DNA of 64,000 nt from positions 32,001-96,000 of the forward strand of contig CAVXEP010000005.1 of NCBI GenBank assembly GCA_963760795.1, written 5' to 3'. Shown here one piece after another: positions 20,236 through 30,045 of the stretch. Numbering within the stretch: position 1 is the stretch's first letter; each line of letters begins with the position of its first letter. The position numbers were made by a program, and so were the translations under genes. The notes below the pieces were generated by a model, which worked only from the letters and a program-made list of their open reading frames with translations, had not been told where the DNA came from and did not search any database. Origin of the DNA: an uncultured delta proteobacterium (GTDB taxonomy: Bacteria > Desulfobacterota > Binatia > UBA9968).

Positions 20236-21549
20236 ATGACTCTCGATAATTTTTGGTTTCAAGCGATTTTGATCCTCGCGTTGATTTTCGCCAACGGCTT
20301 CTTTGCCGCTTCCGAGATCGCCATGATCGCCATGCGCAAAAGTCGCATCGAAGCCCTGGTCGACAAAGGGGTTAAGGCCGCCGCGGCGGTGGCCCGGCTG
20401 AAGGCCGACCCCGATCGCTTCCTCGCCACCGTACAGATCGGCGTCACCGTGGTCAGCTCCTTCGCCTCCGCCCTCGGCGGCGCCGCAGCCATCGGTTATC
20501 TCAAACCGGAGATCGAAGCTTTGCCGTTCGCTCTGGCTGCCCGCTGGGCGGATGCCATCGCGCTGACCATCGTCGTCTTGCCGATCACTTATTTTTCGCT
20601 GGTTCTTGGCGAGCTCGTGCCAAAATCTTTAGCTTTGCGGTTTTCCGAGCCCATCGCCTGCTTCGTTGCCCCGCCCATTGAATTGCTGGCGCGGGTCAGC
20701 GCGATCTTCGTCAGGTTCCTGACCGCGTCGAGCAATCTGGTACTCAAACTTTTCGGCGGCAAGGATGCCGGCAGCGTCAGTTTCATCTCCGTCGACGAAG
20801 TAAAATCATTGATTCGCGAAGGCGCCGCCAGGGGCATCTTCAACGAGACCGAGAAGGAATTGATCCATAGCGTATTTGAGTTTACCGACACGCCGGTCAA
20901 AGCGGTCATGAAACCGCGCACCGAGATCCATGCCATCGAAGGGCACGCATCACTGGCCGAGGTGGCAAAGAATTTTGTCGACAGCGGCTTTTCCCGCGTG
21001 CCGGTTTACGAAGGCGATCTCGATAAAGTTGTCGGCATTCTCTACAACAAAGATGTCTTCAAAGCTTTGCAGGAGCACAGCGACTTTCACGTGCGCGATC
21101 ATTTGCATCCGGCGTTCTTCGTCCCCAGCACCCTGCCGATCAGCGAACTGTTAAAACAGCTGCAACGGCGCCGCCTGGGCATGGCTTTGGTAGTCAACGA
21201 ATTCGGCGAAATCGAAGGTCTCGCCACGCTGGAAGACTTGATCGAGGAAATCGTCGGCGAGATCCGTGACGAATACGACCGCGAAGAACGCGGGCCCGTG
21301 GAGCGCCTGCCCGACGGGTCGATGGTGGTCGCCGGCTCGGCACTGCTCAAGGATCTCAAAATCGATTTCGACCTGCCATTCGAAGAATCGCCGGACTATC
21401 ACACCCTCGCCGGCTTACTGCTGGCGCGATTGAAAAGAATCCCGCGCGGCGGCGAATGGATCGATGAATTCGGCTACAAACTCACCATCGTCGACATGGA
21501 AGGCCGGCGCATCGTCAAAATCAAAGTCGAGAAAAGCATGGCGGCGTAG
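20236..21549 (+). CDS. Hemolysin/CNNM family protein (DUF21-CBS-CorC)
   Basis: NGFFAASEIA, LATVQIG, GELVPKSLA, GFSRVPVY and EDLIEEIVGEIRDEYD; GAGGAG RBS. Confidence 0.92.
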   Translation: MTLDNFWFQAILILALIFANGFFAASEIAMIAMRKSRIEALVDKGVKAAAAVARLKADPDRFLATVQIGVTVVSSFASALGGAAAIGYLKPEIEALPFALAARWADAIALTIVVLPITYFSLVLGELVPKSLALRFSEPIACFVAPPIELLARVSAIFVRFLTASSNLVLKLFGGKDAGSVSFISVDEVKSLIREGAARGIFNETEKELIHSVFEFTDTPVKAVMKPRTEIHAIEGHASLAEVAKNFVDSGFSRVPVYEGDLDKVVGILYNKDVFKALQEHSDFHVRDHLHPAFFVPSTLPISELLKQLQRRRLGMALVVNEFGEIEGLATLEDLIEEIVGEIRDEYDREERGPVERLPDGSMVVAGSALLKDLKIDFDLPFEESPDYHTLAGLLLARLKRIPRGGEWIDEFGYKLTIVDMEGRRIVKIKVEKSMAA

Positions 21550-21611
21550 AAACATGGGGCAATGGAGTATTGGGTGCGCCCAACACTCCATTACTCCATA
21601 ACTTCGGTTCT

Positions 21612-22028
21612 TCAGTAGCAGCGTATCTCGATCTCATTGCCGTCAGGATCGAGAAAATAGACTGAAGTCGCCTGGCCGCGCGCGCCCCAGCGCGACACCG
21701 GACCTTCGCGAATGGCGATCTGGTTTTTCTTTAGCTCTTCGATGACGCCGGCAAAGTCGCCAGCAGCGACAACTAAACAAACATGATTGAGGTTGCCGTC
21801 GACTTTTTCCGTAACCGATCGACTGTCAACGGGCTTACGCGGGAAAAGGTCGATGATCGTGGCGTCGTTGATACGCACGGACGGAAAACCGACCTTGCCG
21901 GCTCGGAACTGCTCGACCCGCTCGCCCTCCAGGCCCAAGACACCGGTGTAAAACTGCAAAGCCCGGTCGATGTCGCCGACATTGAGCACGATATGGTCGA
22001 GCGCGGTAATCTCAAAATGACCCATCAC
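21612..22028 (-). CDS. VOC (glyoxalase/bleomycin resistance) family protein
   Basis: LDHIVLNVGDIDRALQFYTGVLG, GPVSRWGARG and SVYFLDPDGNEIE. Confidence 0.9.
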   Translation of the reverse strand: MMGHFEITALDHIVLNVGDIDRALQFYTGVLGLEGERVEQFRAGKVGFPSVRINDATIIDLFPRKPVDSRSVTEKVDGNLNHVCLVVAAGDFAGVIEELKKNQIAIREGPVSRWGARGQATSVYFLDPDGNEIEIRCY

Positions 22029-22064
22029 GCAACTCCTTTCATCCGAGTAAGTATAATTTGCCGA

Positions 22065-23120
22065 CTATACTGCCATCGCCGCCAGCTCGTTTAATAAAGC
22101 CCGAACTTCCTTGGGCGTGCCCACGGTGATGCGCAAGCAGTCGCGCAAACCGGGCGCGTCGAAATAGCGCACCAAAATTTTTTGCCGCTTCAGCTTCTCG
22201 TAGACCGGTTGCAAATTTTTGCCGCGTTGGCGCGCCAGAATGAAATTTGTATGGGACGGATAGACCTGATAGCCCAAGCGCTTGAGCCCGCTGGCGAGCC
22301 GCTGGCGGCTGCGCTGAATGCGCGCGGCATTGCGTTGCATCCAGGCCAGATCCTGGAGCGCCGCGGTGCCGGCGACGATGCTCAAACGATCGAGATTGTA
22401 GGAATCGCGCACCTTGTTCATGCCGGCGATAATTTCCGCCGACGCGAAGGCGAGACCGATGCGCATGCCGGCCAGCGAAAACGACTTGGACAAGGTGCGC
22501 AGGACAATCAGATTGGGCAGCTGGTGAATTAAGGGAATCGCCGACGCTCCTTCGCTGGCGGCAAAATCGACGTACGCCTCATCGACCACGAGTATGCCGG
22601 CAACTGCGCCGGCGAGCTTGACGATCTCCGGCAGCGGCACCAGTGTCCCGGACGGCGCATTGGGATTGCAAAGAAGCGTCAGCGCCGCACCTTGGCGTAC
22701 CAGCTCTTGTGGAATTGAAAAATCTTCTGGAAAAGGTACGCGTACCGCGATTCCCGCCTGGATCTCGACCAGCGTATCATAGAGCGAATAGGTCGGAACT
22801 GGATAAGCGACCCGGTCGCCGGGGCCGACGAAACAGCGCAGCATCATCGACAACAGCTCGTCCGAGCCGTTGCCCGCCATGATATTTTCTATTTTGACGC
22901 CATAGGCGGCGGCCGCCGCAGCGCACAACGGATCGCTCAGCGGCAGCGGATAGAGCCGCAACGAAGCATCGATCGCCCGGCGCAAGGCGGCGTAGACTTT
23001 GGGCGATGGCGGATAGGGATTCTCGTTGGTGTTGAGTTTGATTATGCCATCGTCGCGCGGCTGTTCGCCAGGAACGTAGCCTGACATCGCCTGGATGTTG
23101 GCGCGGAAATAGTTGGCCAT
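22065..23120 (-). CDS. hisC: Histidinol-phosphate aminotransferase
   Basis: YVPGEQP, KLNTNENPYPPS, CNPNAPSG, VDEAYVDF and the PLP-lysine motif RTLSKSFSLAGMRIG. Confidence 0.95.
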   Translation of the reverse strand: MANYFRANIQAMSGYVPGEQPRDDGIIKLNTNENPYPPSPKVYAALRRAIDASLRLYPLPLSDPLCAAAAAAYGVKIENIMAGNGSDELLSMMLRCFVGPGDRVAYPVPTYSLYDTLVEIQAGIAVRVPFPEDFSIPQELVRQGAALTLLCNPNAPSGTLVPLPEIVKLAGAVAGILVVDEAYVDFAASEGASAIPLIHQLPNLIVLRTLSKSFSLAGMRIGLAFASAEIIAGMNKVRDSYNLDRLSIVAGTAALQDLAWMQRNAARIQRSRQRLASGLKRLGYQVYPSHTNFILARQRGKNLQPVYEKLKRQKILVRYFDAPGLRDCLRITVGTPKEVRALLNELAAMAV

Positions 23121-23374
23121 GGCGCGGGATTCTAACCACACCCACGAGTGATTTCAAATTGCCCTATGGGGCTAGACAGTCCAAGGGTTACCTTGCTTTA
23201 CCTTGGGCGTCATCTGAACAGAAATAAAGGTTTTTCGGCTGCCCCCTGAAAACATTTTTGTCCGGCCATTCCCGAAATTGTCCAGAAATCCTCGCGCTTG
23301 CAGAATTCTTTGCTGAATTGCTCATTATGCCAATTGTAAGTAGCTGATTTTCAAACGACGCAGGTTTCCATCGG

Positions 23375-23390
23375 TGGCATGTTTTTGGCT
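23375..23390 (+). promoter_or_regulatory. Candidate sigma-54 promoter for the coiled-coil/KaiC-like operon
   Basis: TGGCATGTTTTTGGCT has GG-N10-GC spacing with one mismatch in the -12 element, ~90 nt upstream of ATG 23478. Confidence 0.3.
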
Positions 23391-23477
23391 AAGCTTGATG
23401 CTCGCAGGCCCTCCCGACAATCTATCAATTTGATTTTGCGGAAGAGATTAAGGTGGCAACGAGCAGTATTAAATAAA

Positions 23478-26400
23478 ATGGACGCACCTAAATATCAAAA
23501 AAGTGATCCGGCGATTCTTCTGCTCAACGAGATCGATATCCTGTTGGCGCAGACGCGTCTGATGGAGCTCTACCTCAAGCAAGCGCAGGCGACGGCGGCC
23601 AATGAAAATGCGCGAATTCACGAACAGTATGAATCCCAGTTGGCGACCCTGCGCGCCGATCTCGCCGACAAAGAGCGGCAATTGCAACAACGCCCAGTCA
23701 TCGCCGTCGAGCGCAATCTGAGCGAAACCATCGAACTGCTGCAACGCGAGCTCGGCGAAAAGCAACAAATTCTTTCCAGCCAGGAAGTCACATTCCAGCG
23801 CTCAACTAGCGAAATCGCCGCGCTGCAAGGCCGTATCGCCCAACTGGAAGCCGACAACAGCGCTGCCGTAAGCGCCGCTCGCGCGTCCAACGCAATCCGC
23901 GAAGGCCTTACCGCCGACGTCGCCGCAATCAATCAGGAGCTGGAGAGAAACCGGCGCGAGTTGCACCACCAGCAGCTCGCCGCGTTGGAACTCGAAAACA
24001 GCTTGCGCGAGCAGCTGCAATTGCTGCAAACCCAAGTCGGCGAAAAACAAGCCTACGCCTTTAGCGCCGACGACAAACTAGGCAAAGCGCAGCAAGAGAT
24101 CGCGGCGTTGCATCAGCATCTGGGCTCGCTTCACACAATTCAAGATGAACTTCAGTCGAGAGCGGCGCGTGAGCTCGAACAGACGCGCGGCCGTTTTGAA
24201 AATGAACTGGCGAGCCTGCGCAGCGCCCTCGCCGAACGCGATCGCTCGGTGCTGCAGAACCAGGTCGCACTACTTGAAATCGAGCGGGGTCTAAGAAGCG
24301 AGATCGACACCCTGCGCAGCGAGCTCGAGCAAAGACAAGCCGCCCTCGGACTACAAGACGAAGATCTGCGCGCCGCCGGCGCGCGGATCTCTGCGCTCCA
24401 ACAAACAGTAGCCGACCTTGAGTTGGCCCATCGCCAAGCAACCGCCGCCACCGCAGAAATGGATATGCTGCGGCGCTCATTGGCCGAAGAGGTAGCGAAC
24501 CTCCAGCATGAGGTCGCGGTCAAAGAAAAGGAACTGACCCAGCGCTACGAAGCGGTGACCGCCGTCGAGCTCGCCTTGCACGGCCGGATACAAGTTTTGC
24601 AGCAGGAACTCGCACGCGCGCACGAAGCCTCGAATGCCCAAGAAGTCGCGCTGCAAAACCACGCCATTGAGACCGCCGCCTTACAAAGCCGTATTGCTGA
24701 CCTGGAACGCTCCCAAGCCGACACCAGTTCGATCGACGCCGCCCGCCAGCAACTGGAAAGCGATCTTAATCGCCTGCGCACAGCCCTCGGACAGAAGGAA
24801 TATTTACTGGCCGAACGTGAGCGCGCCATCAGCGATCTCGAGGCGCGCTTCGGCGCAGAAATCACCACGCTGCAGCAACAGCTGGAGCAAGAACGCAGCG
24901 CCGCCGCGCATACCCATGACGAAGTACTCCAAGCGCGCAGCGAACTCGCCGCCAGCCGCGAGAAACTTGAAGCCCAGCTCAGCCATAAAGACGCTGAAAT
25001 CGGCAGCCTGCGCGCCAGCGCCAATCAACAAAGCGAGCAACTATCCAACCAAGTTAATGACTTGCAGCGGCAACTGGCCGAAGGCGAAACTACCGTCGCC
25101 AACCTGGAAGCGCGCTTGGGCGTGGAAATCGCCACGCTGCAGCAACAGCTGGAGCAAGAACGCAGCGCTGCCGCGCGAACCCACGATGAGTTACTCCAAG
25201 CGCTCAACGAACTCGCCGCCAGCCGCGAGCAACTTAAAGCTCAGCTCCGCCATAAAGACGATGAACTCGGCAGCCTGCGCGCCAGTGCCTTTCAACAAAA
25301 CGAGCAACTGTCCAACCAAGTTAGTGACTTGCAGCGGCAATTGGCCGAGCGCGAAACTACCGTCGCCAACCTAGAAGCGCGCTTGGGCGTGGAAATCGCC
25401 ACGCTGCAGCAACAGCTGGAACAAGAACGCAGCGCTGCCGCGCGAACCCATGACGAGTTACTCCACGCCCGCAACGAACTCGCCGCCAGCCGCGAGCAAC
25501 TTGAAGCCCAGCTCCGTCATAAAGACGCTGAAATCGGCAGCCTGCGCGCCGGCGCCATTCAACAAAACGAGCAACTGTCCAACCAAGTTAGTGAGTTGCA
25601 GCGCCAACTGGCCGAGCGCGAGACGACCGTCGCCAACCTGGAAGCACGTTTGGGCGTGGAAATTACCACCTTGCACCAGCAGCTGGAGCAAGAACGCACA
25701 GCCGCCGCGCGAACCCAAGACGAACTACTCCAGGCGCGCAACAAATTCGCCGCCACTCGCGAACAACTTGAAGCCCAGCTCAGCCATAAAGACGATGAAA
25801 TCGGCAGCCTGCGCGCCGGCGCCATTCAACAAAACGAGCAACTGTCCAACCAAGTTAGTGAGTTGCAGCGCCAACTGGCCGAGCGCGAGACGACCGTCGC
25901 CAACCTGGAAGCACGTTTGGGCGTGGAAATTACCACCTTGCACCAGCAGCTGGAGCAAGAACGCACAGCCGCCGCGCGAACCCATGACGAGTTACTCCAC
26001 GCGCGCAACGAACTCGCCGCCACTCGCGAGCAACTTGAAGCCCAGCTCCGTCATAAAGACGCTGAAATCGGCAGCCTGCGCGCCGGCGCCATTCAACAAA
26101 GCGAGCAACTGTCCAACCAAGTTAGTGACTTGCAGCGGCAATTGGCTGAGCGCGAGGCTAGCGTCGCCAACCTGGAAACGCGCGTGGGCGCAGAAATCAC
26201 CACCCTGCACCAGCAGCTGGAGCAAGAACGCAGCGCCGCCGCGCAAACCCATGTCGAACTACTCCAGGCGCGCAACGAGCTCACCGCCACTCGCGAGCAA
26301 CTTGAAGCCCAGCTCCGGCATAAAGACGATGAACTCGGCAGCCTGCGCGCCAGCGCCATTCAACCAGAGCGAGCAACTGTCCAACCGCATCGATGAACTG

Positions 26401-28339
26401 CAATTTCAATTGGCCGAGAAACAGCTGTTGGCCGAGCAATACGCAATTGAACTCGATCATTTACGAACTTCCGTCACCAGGCTCAACGAGCAGCTCAACG
26501 AAGAAGCCACGAATCATGCGCAGGCCCTCGGCCTTTGGCAAGACTCCCAGGCCCAACACAGCACTGAGATCGCTCAGCTAACAACCGCGCGCGACGAGCT
26601 ATTATATAGTCAGACCGCGCTGGAAGTTCAGCTCGACCAGGCACGCGGCGCCAACGCCGCTTTGCGCGGCGAGCTGCAGGAATCGAGAAACCGCGTTGGC
26701 GAATTTGACGCGCTGCTAAAAAGCAGCCAAACCGCCATGGCCGATGTCGCAGCCGAGCGCGCTCGGCTGCGCACCGAACTGGAAAACCTTGACGCGCTCC
26801 ATAAGCAGACCAAGGCCGATGCCGCCCGCGATCTTGCCCAGGGCCGCGACGCCTTGGAAAGCGAACTCAGCGCCCTGCGCAACGAGCTGCAACAAAAAGC
26901 CTGGTCGCTGGCACAACACCAAGCCAGTGTCGAGAACCTGGCGCAGATCCACCGCGAGCAGATGCGCAAACTGGAAGCGCGGCTGACCGAGCAACAACCG
27001 GTCACGGAACAGCAGGCGCGAGAATTGGCACAGGCTGTCAGCCAAGCCAATGCCTTGCGGCTTCAGGTACGAAGAACTCCAAGCCGCCCTGCGCCAAGCC
27101 GAGGCCGACGGCGCAAGCCAGGCCGAGCAGATTCGTCAGGAATACGCCGCCCGGGTGGAAACCGTCAACTCGCTGCTGGAAACAAAGTCGGCGGAAATGG
27201 CCAACAGCGGCGCGGCCCGAGCCAACGTCGAAGAGTCGTTGCGTGGCGAACTCAGCCACCTGCGCAGCGAAATGCAATCACGCACCGCGGCGCTGCAGAG
27301 CCGGGAGGACGAACTCAACCGCGTGCGCGCGGAAATGACCTCGGTGCAGAATCGTCTCGTGCAGTTGGAATCGATCAGCGCGCGCACCGAAAGCGAAGCG
27401 CGCGAGATCAGCCAAGCCAAGAGCGGTCTGGAGAGCGAACTCACCGCCCTGCGCAACGAACTGCAACAAGGATCTTCCGCGGTGGCGCAACATCAGACAG
27501 CGATGGATGATCTTGCAGCGCGCCATCGCAGCCAGGTGGAACAACTTGAAGCGAATCTACGCGAGCAGCATAGAGCGAGCGAAGAGCATCGACAGGAAGT
27601 TGACCAAGCGCAAGCGCAGATCGCCCTGTTGCACAGCCGGATCGAAGAGCTGCAAAACGCATTGCAGCAGACCGAGTTGAGCGCCAACAGCCGCACCGAA
27701 CAGCTGCGCCAAGAGTATGCAGCGCGCGTCGATGCGCTCAAACGCGAACTGGGCGAACATTCCGCCCAGCTTCAGGACCGCGCCAGCGCTAATTCCGACA
27801 GCGAGCAAGTTCTACACAGCGAGATCGCCCGGCTGATCGGCGAAGCCCAAGAACGAAATCAGATCCTGGAAAGCCGCAACGATGAATTGGTGCGGGTTAA
27901 AAACGACCTGGACGGTTTGGCCGAGCGCTTCAGTCAATTAGAGTCGCACGCCGTCCAAGCCGAAAGTAGCGCCAGCGGTGAAGCCGCGAGTATGCGCATC
28001 GGGTTTCAGGCGCAGTTAGCGCTGCTGCAGGCCGAACTCAGTCAGAAGGAATGGGCCCTGGAAGAGCGCCAAGCGATCATCGCCGGAATCGAACAAGAAC
28101 ATCGCCGGCAGCTCGACGCCTTGCGCCAGCAGTTAGCCGAGGAAGAACAGTCAACCGTGCCGGCCGACAACGGATTTGTCATGGGCGATCCCAACTTGAC
28201 GGAAGCCCAGCGGGAAAAGCTACTCAAACTCGACGACATGGTCAAAGCGATGCGCACCGGTGAGGATCACAGCGTTCCAGCATTCTCGGGACGGCGTTGG
28301 CAAAGCGGCTTCGGATGGAAGCGGCGCTGGCGCTCGTGA
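23478..28339 (+). CDS. Giant coiled-coil protein, ~1,619 aa after correcting apparent +1 frameshifts near 26365 and 27069; contains six 89-aa tandem repeats
   Basis: Three ORF-track pieces (23379..26396, 25450..27510, 27050..28339) join into one E/Q/L/A/R-rich, proline-poor helical chain. No signal peptide, TM helix or ATPase motif is visible. Confidence 0.8.
24807..26409 (+). repeat. Six tandem 267-bp coding repeats
   Basis: Units begin at 24807, 25074, 25341, 25608, 25875 and 26142 (LAERETTVANLEARLGVEI...LSNQVSDLQRQ); 25529-25717 is identical to 25796-25984. Confidence 0.95.
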
Positions 28340-28384
28340 CGCCTGGTAAAATCTGGCTAACAGCCGAAAGCGGCAACGCGAAGG

Positions 28385-29149
28385 ATGACGATGATTCAAA
28401 CACAACGAGTAACCAGTGGAATCAAAGGCTTGGACCCATTGATCGAAGGCGGCTTCCCCAAGGGTCGGTCGATCCTGGTGACCGGCGAGCCAGGGACCGG
28501 TAAGACTATTTTTGCTCTCCAGTTTCTCGCCGAGGGATTAGCACGCGGCGAAAAATGCATCTTCGTCACCGCCGACGAAGGACCTCTGGACGTGCTCGAA
28601 CAAGCGGCGTCGATGGGTTGGGACTTCGAGCGCCATGCCGAGCAAAAAGATTTGTCGATCCTTAACGCCGGAACCTATTTAAGTTCACTGCCGGGCGCCG
28701 GCCGTGAGCGCCAATTCGACATTCAGAAAGCGGTGAGCGACCTGGCGATCTTCGTCAACCAGCTTGGCGCCGAGCGATTGGTTCTCGATCCCGCCGGGCC
28801 GTTTGTCCTGTTGCGCGACGTCGCCACACGTATCCAGGATCAAACCCGCTTGCTGATCAAATTGCTGCGTTCTTCGATGTCGACCACCAACCTTCTCACC
28901 TCCTATGCAGTACCGAGAACCGGCGAGCGCAGCATGCATGGCATCGAAGAGTACATGGTCGCCGGCGCCATCGTCTTGGAGATGATTTGGCGCAACGATG
29001 GCGCGATGGGGCGCAGCCTGATCGTCGAAAAAATGCGCTGTACCGATGTCAAACCGACCCAACTGGAGTTCGACATCGTCAAGGGTGAGGGTTTGGTGGT
29101 ACTGCCGAGGCCTGACTACCGGTCGCAGAAAATCTCTAGTCATGGCTGA
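28385..29149 (+). CDS. KaiC/RAD55-like RecA-fold ATPase (single domain, first)
   Basis: TSGIKGLDPLIEGGFP, Walker A GEPGTGKT, MGWDF, GIEEY and VEKMR. Confidence 0.9.
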   Translation: MTMIQTQRVTSGIKGLDPLIEGGFPKGRSILVTGEPGTGKTIFALQFLAEGLARGEKCIFVTADEGPLDVLEQAASMGWDFERHAEQKDLSILNAGTYLSSLPGAGRERQFDIQKAVSDLAIFVNQLGAERLVLDPAGPFVLLRDVATRIQDQTRLLIKLLRSSMSTTNLLTSYAVPRTGERSMHGIEEYMVAGAIVLEMIWRNDGAMGRSLIVEKMRCTDVKPTQLEFDIVKGEGLVVLPRPDYRSQKISSHG

Positions 29150-29924
29150 CGAATGCATCGCCACCGGCATCACCGGCTTGGATGCGCTGCTGCGCGGTGG
29201 AGTTAGCCGCGGGCGCACTTATCTCTTTGCCGGCGAAGCGGGCACCGGTAAAACCATCGCCTGTTTGCAGTTAGTCACTACGGGCCTCAAAGCTGGCGAT
29301 AAGGCGGTCTACGTTACCGTCGACGAACGACCTTCGGAGATCTTGGAGGCCGCCGCGGCATTGGGTTGGGATCTCCAAACCTATATCCAAGAAAAGCAAT
29401 TGATCATCCTCGACGCGTCGCCCTACTTCGGTGCCCGCGGCGGCGGCGAAAAAGGCATCGATCCGCAAAAGATCGTCGCCGATCTCGGCAATTATGTCAG
29501 ACGCCTGGGCGCGACGCTATTGATTATCGATCCGGTAACGCCGTTTAGTCTCCCCCCCGACGCCAGTAGTCCAGCGCAAGATCAAGCGCGCACGCTGATC
29601 CAACTGGTGCAAACGCAGATTAGCGTCACTAACATTTTCACGGCGCAGCGTTGCCCCGACGGCGGCCCATCGTCAAGTGTGGCGATTGAAGAACATCTCG
29701 CCACCGGTGTGCTGGTATTTAAAATGACCGAAACCGCAGCCGGCTATGAGCGCACGGTAACCGTCAAAAAAATGCGCAGCATCGCCACCGCACCGGTGAA
29801 ATACCGCTTCACAATGCAAAAAGACCAAGGCATCGTCCTCGACCTGCCCTGCAGCCTGGCTACCGCATCGAGCGCGACGCCACCCATGTTCGAATACTTC
29901 GATCCGTCCACGCTGCGAAACTAG
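29142..29924 (+). CDS. KaiC/RAD55-like RecA-fold ATPase (single domain, second)
   Basis: ATGITGLDALLRGG, Walker A GEAGTGKT, LGWDL, AIEEHL and VKKMRS; ATG overlaps the preceding ORF by 8 bp. Confidence 0.88.
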   Translation: MADECIATGITGLDALLRGGVSRGRTYLFAGEAGTGKTIACLQLVTTGLKAGDKAVYVTVDERPSEILEAAAALGWDLQTYIQEKQLIILDASPYFGARGGGEKGIDPQKIVADLGNYVRRLGATLLIIDPVTPFSLPPDASSPAQDQARTLIQLVQTQISVTNIFTAQRCPDGGPSSSVAIEEHLATGVLVFKMTETAAGYERTVTVKKMRSIATAPVKYRFTMQKDQGIVLDLPCSLATASSATPPMFEYFDPSTLRN

Positions 29925-29928
29925 CGGC

Positions 29929-29955
29929 CGGCGGGCGCGAAGAGCGCACCCGCCG
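29929..29955 (+). terminator. GC-rich hairpin after the second ATPase ORF (possible terminator)
   Basis: CGGCGGG...CCCGCCG stem; weak U-tract. Confidence 0.35.
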
Positions 29956-29992
29956 TTGGAATCCGCGATTTCTCCCGGTTCAAGCGGTTTTC

Positions 29993-30021
29993 TTGACAGC
30001 CCGCCGAAGGATGCTTAAATT
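29993..30021 (+). promoter_or_regulatory. Sigma-70-like promoter of clpB
   Basis: TTGACA-N17-TAAATT, 24 nt upstream of the clpB ATG. Confidence 0.55.
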
Positions 30022-30045
30022 CCCCGCAAGCTGCGGAGAAATCAT

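Noticed and set aside
24807-26409. Regular repeats as a CRISPR array
   Set aside because: The units are 267 bp, contiguous, in-frame and coding, with no unique spacers and no cas genes.
25450-27510. 686-aa S/P/T/C-rich ORF as a separate protein
   Set aside because: Its first part is an off-frame reading of the repeats; only ~26365-27069 is the real coiled-coil frame.
23478-28339. SMC/SbcC protein or phage tape measure
   Set aside because: No Walker motifs, hinge or zinc hook, and no phage or secretion genes nearby.
28385-29924. Circadian clock locus
   Set aside because: No kaiA or kaiB in the window, and no CII Ser-Thr phosphorylation pair.
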